From: a virus
Reading direction: 5' to 3' (one strand)
Virus record (IMG/VR): IMGVR_UViG_3300032286_001864
Span: 1 to 64,000 of that record
DNA length: 64,000 nucleotides
This document shows, in pieces, positions 37,663 to 46,726 of this stretch. The notes below the pieces were generated by a model. It was given only the letters and a program-made list of their open reading frames with translations, searched no databases and was not told the DNA's origin. Both the position numbers and the translations under genes were made by a program. Position 1 is the first letter of the stretch. Each line of letters begins with the position of its first letter.

Positions 37663-38107
37663 ATGAGCTGACTTCGGGGCCGACAAGCCTGGCATCGATC
37701 AGCTTGCCAGGGGATTCACTCAGCTCGATGTGACTGAGACCGTCGACAGAGCGAGAGGCGTCGATGACGTCACTGCAGGAGATCCCGTCGATGGAGAAGA
37801 GGCAAGAGCAGGCGCTCTGCTCCAGCTCCGAGCCTGGCTCCCACCAGCGGCTGAAGCGGAACGGCGTGTCGTCCAGGTTGGAATACCCAGGCAGCTGCTG
37901 ATGCAAGACATGAAGCCGTTCCGCGAGCGCGGTAATCAGGTCCGCGGCGCAGCTGGTGAGACGAGCCCGCTTCGATCGGCTGCGGGGCAGGGCTTGGCGC
38001 CAAGAGATCCAGCTGTCGAAAGCAATGGTTCGATCCAGCAGGAGCCAGCCTTCTGTTGGATGAAAAAACTCATCGTCGTCGTCGGTGGCAAAGGGTAGGT
38101 GCGGCAT
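37565..38107 (-). CDS. Possible degenerate peptidase M15-fold protein
   Basis: ISWRQAL...ITALAERL...PFRFSRWWEP resembles the M15_3 N-half, but no SxH...AxD zinc ligands follow. Confidence 0.45.
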   Translation of the reverse strand: MPHLPFATDDDDEFFHPTEGWLLLDRTIAFDSWISWRQALPRSRSKRARLTSCAADLITALAERLHVLHQQLPGYSNLDDTPFRFSRWWEPGSELEQSACSCLFSIDGISCSDVIDASRSVDGLSHIELSESPGKLIDARLVGPEVSSFISGQSDLLPSLPPAVRPQKKSRLRTSRTPPR

Positions 38108-38109
38108 GG

Positions 38110-38748
38110 TCAGCTCTGCATTTGCCCTGCGCGCTTGCCGTACTTCCTGCCCGTGGCAGCCCGGTAGCAATCGCGCCAGCGGCTTTCCCCGCTCCATTGG
38201 TCCAGTACGACCCTGCCGTAGGGCGCCGCAGCGGCATGGAAGCGTGCCAGCCCGGAAGTGAACGCTGAGGAGGGGAACGCTGGGGGCAGGTAAACGATTG
38301 GCGACCAGTCGACCGGGGCGACACGAATGGATTTCTCTAGCTCGTCGTCCCAGAAGGTCGGCGCTAGGCGCGACCAGGGGATACAAATCGGGAAGTCCCA
38401 GATCCACGGGCAGCCGACCAGTGCTTCGTTGCATCCCAACCAGAGAACAGCCTGCACAACGTGCCCGTCCCGGTACTCCTGCAAGAGCTTGTTGGCCAGG
38501 GCGCGGCTGGCTGTCATGCCGCTAGGGATCGCCAGCAGCAAGCGCTTCTGTCCAGCTGGGCTCCAGTGGCGCCCTGCAGCAATCTCAAGGTCGTCATCGC
38601 GCTCGAGATAGCGCGCCGCTTGGACGACGTGATTGACCTCGGCGGTGCTGTAAGGATCGAGGTCGATGGCGCCCATCGTGCAGCGCGCCACGTCGATCAC
38701 CGCTGCGGGTGGTGCAAGGTCACGGCGATCGGCGCGGACGGGCATCAC
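38110..38748 (-). CDS. Phage Dam-type N6-adenine methyltransferase fold, catalytic NPPY replaced
   Basis: PPAAVIDVAR..MGAIDLDPYS...VQAARYL..DD; LLLAIPS sits where VFLNPPY is expected. Confidence 0.7.
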   Translation of the reverse strand: MMPVRADRRDLAPPAAVIDVARCTMGAIDLDPYSTAEVNHVVQAARYLERDDDLEIAAGRHWSPAGQKRLLLAIPSGMTASRALANKLLQEYRDGHVVQAVLWLGCNEALVGCPWIWDFPICIPWSRLAPTFWDDELEKSIRVAPVDWSPIVYLPPAFPSSAFTSGLARFHAAAAPYGRVVLDQWSGESRWRDCYRAATGRKYGKRAGQMQS

Positions 38749-39008
38749 CTGTCTTCTGGCTCCAGGATTTCCAGCAGGGTGTCGCCAGAACCTTCACCGG
38801 ATGAGAGCAACCGGCACCAGCCGGTGTCGACAAGCGCCTGAAGATCAGGCTCGGAAAATTGCATCTCGCGACGCGAACCGCCAACGCGCAGGGTGATCAT
38901 CACCGTAAGGGCGCCCTTGTCGAGGTTGTCTTCCGAACGGCGAACAACTTCCCATCGGTCGGGATGAACGCCCCGGTAAACGTCGCCCAGTTCGATGCGC
39001 CGGCTCAC
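38745..39008 (-). CDS. Hypothetical protein
   Basis: GTGA overlaps at both ends. Confidence 0.6.
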   Translation of the reverse strand: MSRRIELGDVYRGVHPDRWEVVRRSEDNLDKGALTVMITLRVGGSRREMQFSEPDLQALVDTGWCRLLSSGEGSGDTLLEILEPEDR

Positions 39009-39448
39009 AGCGTGGCGGCCTCCTGGGCCCTCTGAATACTGCGCGCCGGCTGATCCCTGGGGATCGGCAGCAGGCTTGCCTTGCTGCGATCGATCAGCAG
39101 CAGCAGCACCCGCTCCTCGTAGTTGTTGAGCCGGACGACGGAGATCATGTCCCTGAGCATGCTGCTGACATCGTCTTGGCCCATGGCATCGGCAGCCAGT
39201 AAATCCCCGCACAGTTCATCGAGGGTGACGTAGCAACCGCCGCGATCCCGCAGCGCCAGGTTGAGACTCAAGACGCCGGCGCCCCTCTCCTTGAAGGACC
39301 TGTCGAAGAGGCCAATCATGTCGGCCAGGACGGCTTCGCAAGCGCGAGTGTTGATGGCAATGGCGGCCTCTGTCTCGCCACCGGTGCCGGTGTCACCGAG
39401 CTCGGGGAAGAATTTGCGAAGCAACTCAAGGCGGGAGGGACGTGCCAT
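39005..39448 (-). CDS. Hypothetical protein
   Basis: 147 aa, packed after thyX. Confidence 0.72.
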   Translation of the reverse strand: MARPSRLELLRKFFPELGDTGTGGETEAAIAINTRACEAVLADMIGLFDRSFKERGAGVLSLNLALRDRGGCYVTLDELCGDLLAADAMGQDDVSSMLRDMISVVRLNNYEERVLLLLIDRSKASLLPIPRDQPARSIQRAQEAATL

Positions 39449-39451
39449 GGC

Positions 39452-40210
39452 TCAAGGGGCAAGGAGGGCGCGATTGAGCCGGTTGGTTTCGTACCAGGCG
39501 TAGATCTCGGGGATCCAGTTCTTGACGTGCCCAGCGACGAGCTCCATGACCCAACGAACCTCCTGCTGAGCGTCCCCCTTGCTGCGCACATCGAGCAGGT
39601 GAAACCAGCTGCGGATGTTGCCGGTCAGGCAGACGTTCTGCAGGTAGCTGGTCGGCAAGACGTAGCGGGCATGCTCTTCTGTGACATTCTTGGCGCGAAG
39701 GTCGGCGTAGTCCTGCGCGGCATTGAGCGCCAGGATCTTGAGCGTGGTGTTCTGCTGCTCCGTCCACTCGTAGCCATCCCCCTGGCGATCGCGGTAGACG
39801 CCTGGCGGACGGAAGTAAAAGACGTCTTCTACGGGGACTTCACCCCGGGCGACGCGCTCGATGCGGTGACCGGTGTAGCGCATCGATTGAACATCAAAGC
39901 TCAGGCCGACACGGTGCGTGCGGAGCTGCACCATCGAGTTGTGATCCATCTGGACCAGCAACGTCATATGGGCGTGCTCCAGGGGGCCGAAATGGCCGCG
40001 CTTGCTCTCCAGCAGCCGGGCGATGGCGATCTCGCCGCAGCGATCCTCGGGGATGTCGGTCGTCGGACAGAACTCCTCCGAGTAGTCGGTATGCAGGGCG
40101 ACGTAGGCGACCTGCTGCGGCAGCTCGTAGGCGCCGACACGCTCGGCCTTGAAAGGATTCTGCACGAGGAAGCGCTGGACTCCAGCGGAACCGTAACCCT
40201 TGGCGCGCAC
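39452..40210 (-). CDS. thyX: FAD-dependent thymidylate synthase
   Basis: GHFGPLEH, QLRTHRVGLSFDVQSMRY, EHARYVLP, GNIRSW, DAQQEVR. Confidence 0.93.
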   Translation of the reverse strand: MRAKGYGSAGVQRFLVQNPFKAERVGAYELPQQVAYVALHTDYSEEFCPTTDIPEDRCGEIAIARLLESKRGHFGPLEHAHMTLLVQMDHNSMVQLRTHRVGLSFDVQSMRYTGHRIERVARGEVPVEDVFYFRPPGVYRDRQGDGYEWTEQQNTTLKILALNAAQDYADLRAKNVTEEHARYVLPTSYLQNVCLTGNIRSWFHLLDVRSKGDAQQEVRWVMELVAGHVKNWIPEIYAWYETNRLNRALLAP

Positions 40211-40235
40211 AGTTGCAAGCTGTGGCGATCAAACG

Positions 40236-40907
40236 TCACGGCTCCCCGAGGTCCGGATCGTCATCAAGCAGGGGTTCGCCGCGGTTGATGCGTCGCCGGA
40301 TCCAGTCGGAATTGACGGCCTCCAGCTTGGCGAAGACGCCGGGCAGTTGCCGTTGGGTGACCTCCAGGTACTCCTGGGTATCTCGGACCAAGCGGTGCCG
40401 GCTAGCGGCCAGTTCGATTGTCGTCAAGTGCCGCCGGTGATGGAAGTGATTGACCCCCTTGACTCTGATGTGAAGCGGATTGCAGCAGAAATTGTTACTG
40501 CAGGCATGGGTGAGCGGCAGCCGGCCGATGTCACCCCAGGTGAACCAGGTCGCCACACGCGGCGCCGAATACTGGCGGCCCTTGCCCCAGTGCCGCATGA
40601 AGGGAAAGTAGGTGGAAGAGCCGTTGCCGTAGACGTGCCCCTGCCAATCCCAGCATTCGCCAGGGTCGGCAATAGCGACAAACGACCAGAACTCAAGGAA
40701 CTTGCGCCGGTGGATCCTGTGGATCCGGTTGATGCTGAGCTCCAGTCGGCCCTCCGTCAGGGCGCCAATGCAGCGAACGCAGGCGTGGCTGTCGTCGTAG
40801 CGGGGGATCTGGCCATCAAGGCTGCCGTAGCTGTGTTCAGTGAAGGGGCACAGTGGCCCCTGAGTGATGCGACTGTGAAGGTCCCGGGGGATCGGCCATT
40901 GGGCCAT
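40236..40907 (-). CDS. His-Cys/HNH-fold protein, atypical
   Basis: ECWDWQG...SAPRVA...THACSNNFCCNPLHI; N-terminal C/H/CxxC zinc site. Confidence 0.72.
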   Translation of the reverse strand: MAQWPIPRDLHSRITQGPLCPFTEHSYGSLDGQIPRYDDSHACVRCIGALTEGRLELSINRIHRIHRRKFLEFWSFVAIADPGECWDWQGHVYGNGSSTYFPFMRHWGKGRQYSAPRVATWFTWGDIGRLPLTHACSNNFCCNPLHIRVKGVNHFHHRRHLTTIELAASRHRLVRDTQEYLEVTQRQLPGVFAKLEAVNSDWIRRRINRGEPLLDDDPDLGEP

Positions 40908-40941
40908 CGGTGATTCCGCTCGATTAAGCCCGAAGCCACTG

Positions 40942-41937
40942 CTATCCCAGCTGGCCCCGGAAAAGGTCGTTGGACAGATCCGCTGACGCAGCCCCAAGAG
41001 CGGCGTTTGAGAGAGGCAGAGCTGCGTAGGAGAGCAAAGGGATGATCGCCTGAGCAGCGTACCTTCGTCTACTGACACCCATGGCCTTGGCGTACTCAGC
41101 GCCGCGACGCCAGGCTTCCGCCTCTACGGCAAACAGGGGGAGGCCGGTCGCTGCACCGACTAGACCGCCGACCGCGGCACCGTTATCTCCCAGGAGAGCG
41201 CCTGCTCCGATCCCTGCCAATGCGCCCGCCGCAGGGAGGAAGGATCTCTTCCAGTCGCTGCCGGTCTTACCGGTAGCCATAGCCTGGATCGGCGGCAGCC
41301 AGTCGACCTTGTTTTCTTGCAACTGGCTGATCAGGTCGGAAGCGGCGTTGTTGATCTGGTTCGCCCTTGCGTACATCTCAGCGTGTCCCATCTCGTGGGC
41401 CAGCGTGGCCGGATCGGCCTGGACCTGCACGGCGACCTCCGGCCCCTGGCCAGCTCTCCTGAAGAAGTTGCGATGCCTCTCCGCGCTGAGGACGTCGTTG
41501 TTGGATTGACGAATCCTGATCCCTTGTTCATGCGAAGGCTCAAATTCGTCGGGATCCGTGTATTCGTGATAGTTGCCCTCTGGATCTCTAACTGTGCGGG
41601 TAAGCAGTTTTCTCTCCTGCTTGGGAGGGGCATACTTGTCATCCCATATCTTCTTGGCGATCGCCGTATTGGTCGACCAGGCCTGCCGCTCTTGCTCAGT
41701 GGGCTCCGCCGTGTACTTCATCCGCCTGCGCGCCAAGGCGGGCGCCAAGGCGACCCCACGGAGAAGGAGCGCCGCAACGGCCAACTCTCCAGCCCCGCTC
41801 AACGCGCCATCGTCGTATTGACCTTGAGTGGCCGCCAACTGTTGACTGTCCACGCGTCGCTCTACCGCTCTACCGGCCACTGTAGAAGCGCTTCGCGAGG
41901 CGCTTCTGAGATCAGTATCGCTGCCTGAGATCTGCAA
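40942..41937 (-). CDS. HExxH zinc metallopeptidase-like membrane protein
   Basis: TLAHEMGHA...VEAEAWRRG...LLSY with Gly-rich hydrophobic hairpin; start uncertain. Confidence 0.72.
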   Translation of the reverse strand: MQISGSDTDLRSASRSASTVAGRAVERRVDSQQLAATQGQYDDGALSGAGELAVAALLLRGVALAPALARRRMKYTAEPTEQERQAWSTNTAIAKKIWDDKYAPPKQERKLLTRTVRDPEGNYHEYTDPDEFEPSHEQGIRIRQSNNDVLSAERHRNFFRRAGQGPEVAVQVQADPATLAHEMGHAEMYARANQINNAASDLISQLQENKVDWLPPIQAMATGKTGSDWKRSFLPAAGALAGIGAGALLGDNGAAVGGLVGAATGLPLFAVEAEAWRRGAEYAKAMGVSRRRYAAQAIIPLLSYAALPLSNAALGAASADLSNDLFRGQLG

Positions 41938-42109
41938 GGGCTCGCGTCAGGTCCAAACAAGCGCGCCTGCAGGCGCCTGATTCCTTGGAGTGCCAGATGA
42001 GTCTGCCGTCGTCGCGGCCCCGAGAGATCTCTCGTTCTTGCAATCGGCGAGCGGCCACCAAGAAGCGCTCGGCTTCTGCGATGGCAGCGTCAAGGGTGCG
42101 CTCAGCCAT
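41912..42109 (-). CDS. Small hypothetical phage protein
   Basis: GGAGGG RBS; AIAEAERFL...GACRRACLDLTRALADLR. Confidence 0.68.
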   Translation of the reverse strand: MAERTLDAAIAEAERFLVAARRLQEREISRGRDDGRLIWHSKESGACRRACLDLTRALADLRQRY

Positions 42110-42362
42110 TGGACCCCTCCAGTTCGTCGGCGATGGCGAGGAGTTTGCGACGAATCGACTGCAAATTGAAACGGATTGCCGTAGTAGGGTAGTTTTCATA
42201 CTCGCTCGAAGGTTTCCACTGCTCCGGCACCACCTGATCCGCAGCGGCGCGGAGGGCGGCACCGAGGGGTTGGTCCATATCCTCTAGAGGCCCTTGGGCT
42301 TCGTAGGCATTGCTCCAGGCGTCCCAGACAGCCTGCGCGGCGGGGGAGAGGTGGGTGGTCAT
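42102..42362 (-). CDS. Cyanophage-type small protein (LSPAAQAV module)
   Basis: LSPAAQAV...AALRAAADQVVPE...LLAIADELE; overlaps neighbours. Confidence 0.72.
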   Translation of the reverse strand: MTTHLSPAAQAVWDAWSNAYEAQGPLEDMDQPLGAALRAAADQVVPEQWKPSSEYENYPTTAIRFNLQSIRRKLLAIADELEGSNG

Positions 42363-42592
42363 AGCGGTTTGGCCTGTTTTTTGATGATCTGGAAAATACG
42401 CCTCCTGGCCTTGTCCGATTCGGCCTCGGTGAGGATGCAGCGGACACGAAGGCGCGTCACCGCATCGGCATCGCGCTGTAGGTGATCACGCTGCAGAGGG
42501 TCCATGTCGAGCCTTAGCCCCTGCCCTCTGAGCTGTTCGTCAATCGGTGGGGAGAGGGCACCAAAGGAGATGCGGATGTTCCGCTGGCTCAT
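42359..42592 (-). CDS. Small hypothetical protein
   Basis: ATGA overlaps at both ends. Confidence 0.68.
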   Translation of the reverse strand: MSQRNIRISFGALSPPIDEQLRGQGLRLDMDPLQRDHLQRDADAVTRLRVRCILTEAESDKARRRIFQIIKKQAKPL

Positions 42593-43041
42593 GACTGCCC
42601 TCTTGGTTCGGCGGGGATGGCAGTGGCGTTGATGGTTATTGAAACCTCTAAGTCTTCGGCAAGTTCGTTCAATGCGTCAATGCAGTTTCTAATGCCGTCA
42701 ATGAACTCATTCCTTGGTTGCTGCTGTATTTCAGCCGCCCAATTTTTGGCAATAGCACGAAGGGCGGCGGCGACGACCAGCATGTCCAGGGGGCAGGCCA
42801 GCCTTTTTATGTTGCAATCGGCGTACATTGACAGCGCAGCGTCTTTCACCGCCTGCGCGGATGGGCTCAGGGGGGTGGGCTGAGGTGCCGAGGATTCTTC
42901 GGTGGCTGCGGGCTTCATCCATGGCAGCCCTGACTGCGGCGCCGGGATTGATCGCCAGGGGCCATTCGGGTGGTCTGCGCCCTGCCATTCGTTGTCGCGC
43001 TGGCGGATGTAGCGGGGGAGGTCAGGTAGACATTCGCTCAT
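42589..43041 (-). CDS. Mosaic hypothetical protein (LSPSAQAV module)
   Basis: Shares module with 42102-42362; AT-rich 3' part. Confidence 0.65.
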   Translation of the reverse strand: MSECLPDLPRYIRQRDNEWQGADHPNGPWRSIPAPQSGLPWMKPAATEESSAPQPTPLSPSAQAVKDAALSMYADCNIKRLACPLDMLVVAAALRAIAKNWAAEIQQQPRNEFIDGIRNCIDALNELAEDLEVSITINATAIPAEPRGQS

Positions 43042-43105
43042 CGGGTCACCCAAGCAACAATGGCAATAACAACAGCACCAAATAATAGTGTTGTCTGATA
43101 GTCAG

Positions 43106-43573
43106 TCATCGGTCCATCTCCTCACGCAGCCAAAGCGAGCAGCCGTGAAGCCCATACCGATCCAGCCAAACTGCCACCTCGCGGATAGCAGCGCGGGCAT
43201 TCTCTTCTAAATCAATCTCGCCAGCCACCATGACTTTCTTGACCAACCCCCCGGCAGGAGCGGGCGGTGCAGGCGGCGATTCGTTGACTGGAAGCACCAA
43301 GGTGCCTTTTTGATGATTGTCATAAATGATCTTGCCGTCAGCAATTCTTCGGATTTCAATCCAGCAGGTTTCGAGGCAGTGAACTATAACTTTTGGCAAC
43401 TCATCATCCGTGGCCACCGGGGCAGCCTCGGGGGTGGGGGCAGACTGGGCCAGGGTGGCGCGGGCGGCGGCGATAGCAGTTTGCCAATCCTGGATCCAGC
43501 CGGCCGCTGTCTTCATCGATACGGTGTCATCCAACCCAACCAGCCGCTCCAGGGCGGTGCGGATATCACTCAT
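43106..43573 (-). CDS. Mosaic hypothetical protein
   Basis: MSDIRTALERL...ARATLAQ and PAPAGGLV...ARAAIREVA.WL modules around an AT-rich insert. Confidence 0.68.
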   Translation of the reverse strand: MSDIRTALERLVGLDDTVSMKTAAGWIQDWQTAIAAARATLAQSAPTPEAAPVATDDELPKVIVHCLETCWIEIRRIADGKIIYDNHQKGTLVLPVNESPPAPPAPAGGLVKKVMVAGEIDLEENARAAIREVAVWLDRYGLHGCSLWLREEMDR

Positions 43574-43874
43574 GGCTGTTCCCCCAGCGATACAGGAATC
43601 CCTTCAGGATCTCCCGCCCACGAATCACCGGCTCCCTGTGCGTGGCCAGGCCCTGGATAGCCATCACCACCTGGTCTAGCTGCTGATCCGTCGGCGGGGC
43701 TTTTATTGATCTCGTCGTTGGCCATGCTGCAGCGACTACAAAGGGCAGGAAAATACCAAAAGAAATGCTAAACCATTTGATTGCAAACAAGCGCGAGTTT
43801 GGCTTTGATCTGCGCCGACCTTTGACGCGAACCTTTTTAGGTGGTTCGTCGTAGATATTAGATGAATTACTCAT
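43566..43874 (-). CDS. Small membrane protein
   Basis: One hydrophobic segment; AT-rich; overlaps neighbours. Confidence 0.55.
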   Translation of the reverse strand: MSNSSNIYDEPPKKVRVKGRRRSKPNSRLFAIKWFSISFGIFLPFVVAAAWPTTRSIKAPPTDQQLDQVVMAIQGLATHREPVIRGREILKGFLYRWGNSHE

Positions 43875-44055
43875 GACCAGCCTCCCGCGGGCCGGGCAGC
43901 GGCTGCAATTCAGTCCAGGTGGCGGGAGCTTCGTCGTTGCCAACGATCAGCCACCAGGCGCGGCCAAACTGATCAATTGCGTCAAGAATATGGATGCCGT
44001 TCGGGTTGACCGTGCGGGTCAATCTGACAAAGCGGCGGGGTCGTTGTTCAGGCAT
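43867..44055 (-). CDS. Small hypothetical protein
   Basis: HILDAIDQFGRAWW motif; GGGAGG before the next start. Confidence 0.62.
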   Translation of the reverse strand: MPEQRPRRFVRLTRTVNPNGIHILDAIDQFGRAWWLIVGNDEAPATWTELQPLPGPREAGHE

Positions 44056-44160
44056 GGGAGTCTGAGGGTGAGGTGGGTGAACTTGGGACTTACAGCGCTG
44101 CCGTAAGGGGCAGGGCGGGAGCTTGAGGCATGACAGGAGCGGGTAAAGAACAGGTGCTGA

Positions 44161-44448
44161 TCAAGAGCGGCGTGTGACCAGTGGGTAGCCCTTGGGGGGC
44201 TGGAAGAGTCCGCCAAGGGAGGGCAGCTGCTCCTCGAGGGGGAGCAAGGTGAGCTCAGCGAGGGGCCACTGCTCCGTTCTGCCGCTAGAGGAACCCTCCG
44301 GCATGACCTCCGCCCAGGGCAGCCCCCTGCTGTTTCTGACGACACGATCCACCGGGACCTCAATGACGAGGCCGGTGCGGGCGGGGCCTGATGGCGGGGT
44401 GCGATGGACGCGGGCGCCGCGGCGGATCGTGAGCTTCTCGTCAGGCAT
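44161..44448 (-). CDS. SH3-like small hypothetical protein
   Basis: Overlaps upstream stop; beta-strand pattern RTGLVIEV...WAEV. Confidence 0.55.
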   Translation of the reverse strand: MPDEKLTIRRGARVHRTPPSGPARTGLVIEVPVDRVVRNSRGLPWAEVMPEGSSSGRTEQWPLAELTLLPLEEQLPSLGGLFQPPKGYPLVTRRS

Positions 44449-44908
44449 GGGGATGAAGAAGAGGCGAGAAGACCACGTCGAGGTCGATCTGGACAATCTC
44501 GACACCCAGGGAAGACGCCGCCCAGCGGCAAGCGTGTTCGTCGTCTTTCAGCCGCTTGGGCACCGGCGCATCGGGAATCAGCACTTTTGAGATGCCGCAC
44601 CCGAGCAGGAGTTGGAAGTCCTCCTGAGGCCCTAGGCCGGGGAACAGGAAGATGGCCGCTCCCCGCAAGCAAATGCCGTACTTGGCAGCCTGAGTGATCA
44701 GGCTGCGAATCGCGCTCTGGGAGGAGTCGGAACCGGCGACAGCGACAACGCGGTCGCAGCCGTCAGGGCAGGGGCGCACGGCAACGATTCCAGTGGCGCG
44801 GCTGGAGCGATCCCTGGCCCCGGAAGCAAGCCAGGCAACACGCATCCAGATGCGGTTACCGTCATTGGGCGGAGTAGGGAAAGGAGAGGCTTCCATGGCG
44901 TCACTCAT
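44441..44908 (-). CDS. dCMP-deaminase-fold protein lacking zinc ligands
   Basis: WMRVAWLAS...GIVAV...ITQAAKYGICLRGAAIFL...GISKVLI...LGVEI follows the ComEB/dCMP deaminase pattern but has no HAE or PCxxC; adjacent to dNMP kinase. Confidence 0.58.
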   Translation of the reverse strand: MSDAMEASPFPTPPNDGNRIWMRVAWLASGARDRSSRATGIVAVRPCPDGCDRVVAVAGSDSSQSAIRSLITQAAKYGICLRGAAIFLFPGLGPQEDFQLLLGCGISKVLIPDAPVPKRLKDDEHACRWAASSLGVEIVQIDLDVVFSPLLHPHA

Positions 44909-44911
44909 CGT

Positions 44912-45688
44912 TCAAGCCGGCCCAATAGGGCGACGGAGGGGGACAACAAGGCCGGTGCCGTTGCTCTCGACCTGAGCGCCGGTAGGGGTAGCGTCGAAAG
45001 GCCCCAAGCCATTGAGCGGGAAGCCGAGGGAGGTCACCTCCTTCCGGACCTGCTGCAGGAGGTCATGGATCGTTCCGTCGTTGCGAAACCGGGCATCGAA
45101 GCAGGGGTAGTGATTGAGACCGCCCTCGCTGGGATGCAAGGAAGAAAAGAGCTTCCAGGGCAGAAGCTGTTGCGGTGAACGCAGGAATCGCCCAGGACTA
45201 AAGCGACGGCACAACTCGCGCTGCCGCTCTTGACGGGTCCGCGGCCTTTCGACCATCCACATGAATCCCCCAAGCGTGCGGATCAAGTCGGCTTCGCTGG
45301 GGAAGCGGACGTCATCGACAACGACATGAAGGTCGCGGCCTCCGTCATGAGCGGCGTGACGCAGTTGCATCAGGCTTTGCTCCCAGATCGTTGTCCATAG
45401 GTGGGGCGAGATGCAACGGCGGCCCCAGTCCGTACCAAGGGTCTGCAGCAGGTGCCGGCCAGTGACCCCGATCTCCGGGATGACGATGTTGCGCTCGTGG
45501 TAGAGGAAGCGCTTGGCATCGAACCGGCTGACCCCGGCCTCACGGAGGATGACGCCGCCGATCCGCTTGAGCGGTTCAGCTAGGGGCAGCCGCACAAAGC
45601 CAGCATTGTTGACCAGGGCCTGAGCAACAGTCGTTTTGCCCGAGCCGGCGCGGGAGGCGGCAATGCCGATCACGGTTGGTTTGTGCAT
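44912..45688 (-). CDS. Deoxynucleoside monophosphate kinase (T4 gp1-like)
   Basis: AGSGKTT, LAEPLK, RHLLQTLGTDWGR, VVVDDVRFPSE, HPSE. Confidence 0.9.
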   Translation of the reverse strand: MHKPTVIGIAASRAGSGKTTVAQALVNNAGFVRLPLAEPLKRIGGVILREAGVSRFDAKRFLYHERNIVIPEIGVTGRHLLQTLGTDWGRRCISPHLWTTIWEQSLMQLRHAAHDGGRDLHVVVDDVRFPSEADLIRTLGGFMWMVERPRTRQERQRELCRRFSPGRFLRSPQQLLPWKLFSSLHPSEGGLNHYPCFDARFRNDGTIHDLLQQVRKEVTSLGFPLNGLGPFDATPTGAQVESNGTGLVVPLRRPIGPA

Positions 45689-45690
45689 GG

Positions 45691-46050
45691 TCAGTCCTCC
45701 ACGTCAGCGCCGGAACCGATGGCCTCTGCCGAGAGCGCTGCCGTAGGCGTCCAGCCAGAACGCCAGATGGCTCGGGTCATGGAGAAGAGTTCCGCCTGGC
45801 TCAGCGACCAGTTCCTGAGCACTCGGTTCAGCAGGTCGCGCAGGTCGGCAGAAAGCCGGGAGTCGCGGTAGCGAGTGATCAGCCGGGCGGCGTTGACCAG
45901 GTCGAGGTCGGAGGGCTCCCTGGCGAGAAGGAGGCCATCAATCGTCTTGCGGTCGAGGTGATCGAGCGGGTGGAGCCCGGCAGGGATGCCACGACCGGGG
46001 GCATCCGGCAGTCGCGCATAAGAGACAGGGGGCGACCAGGCGGGAGACAT
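45691..46050 (-). CDS. DUF3288-like protein (cyanobacterial family)
   Basis: HPL...DR..ID.LL...AARL..RY...W.L...ELF..TRAIW. Confidence 0.75.
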   Translation of the reverse strand: MSPAWSPPVSYARLPDAPGRGIPAGLHPLDHLDRKTIDGLLLAREPSDLDLVNAARLITRYRDSRLSADLRDLLNRVLRNWSLSQAELFSMTRAIWRSGWTPTAALSAEAIGSGADVED

Positions 46051-46074
46051 AGGGCGTACGACCGGTGACGGCCA

Positions 46075-46670
46075 GATCGTACAGGGTCATGCAACCCCTG
46101 TCTCGCATCGTGGATACCAAGGCGAAGGGGGCTTAGGGGGCGAAAAAGTGGCCCAGCGGGGGATTCTCTGAGAAGCCTTGCAGTGACTGGGGCCTTGAGA
46201 AGTGGCCCAGGGGGGGCCACCGTGACTCCTACTCTTCCCAGAAAAATCCTTTCCCCTCTGGGAGTGCCCCCAGACCCAGAGCAAACACTAGCGAGTTGAA
46301 GGGTACGCAGGTGAGTCCCGAAACAAGACAAGTGATCGTTGACGCGAGTTGAGCGCTCCAAGAGGGAGGGGAGGGGTCATGAATTTCTTTTTTCCGCAGA
46401 AGAGGGAGTCGCGGTGGGCACGGTGGGCCACTTCCCGAGAAGCCTTGCTACAACTACAAAACGCTCAACAGGGTGCTGGGCCATTTTGCCGCCCAGATCC
46501 GGTAATTCCGGAAGCAAGTCTCATGGGTCTCACCAGTTACGGACCGATTCGATAGGGAGAGCTCATTCATCGCACTAGGTGTCTGCTGAGTCTTACAGCA
46601 AGAATGAAGGGTCTTGTCTCGCATCGTGTCCAATGAGTCTCACCGCATGCGACACGAAGACCCGAATCAG
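46075..46670. other. Non-coding repeat-rich region, candidate replication origin
   Basis: Direct repeats TGTCTCGCATCGTG (46099, 46615), GAGAAGCCTTGC (46170, 46437), AAGTGGCCCAG (46146, 46200); hairpin 46609-46663; downstream of primase-helicase. Confidence 0.55.
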
Positions 46671-46726
46671 GTGGCGTGCCGCCAGGCGCCGGTAGCCTGG
46701 GCTCGCATTGCTACCCCTTGCGTGCC

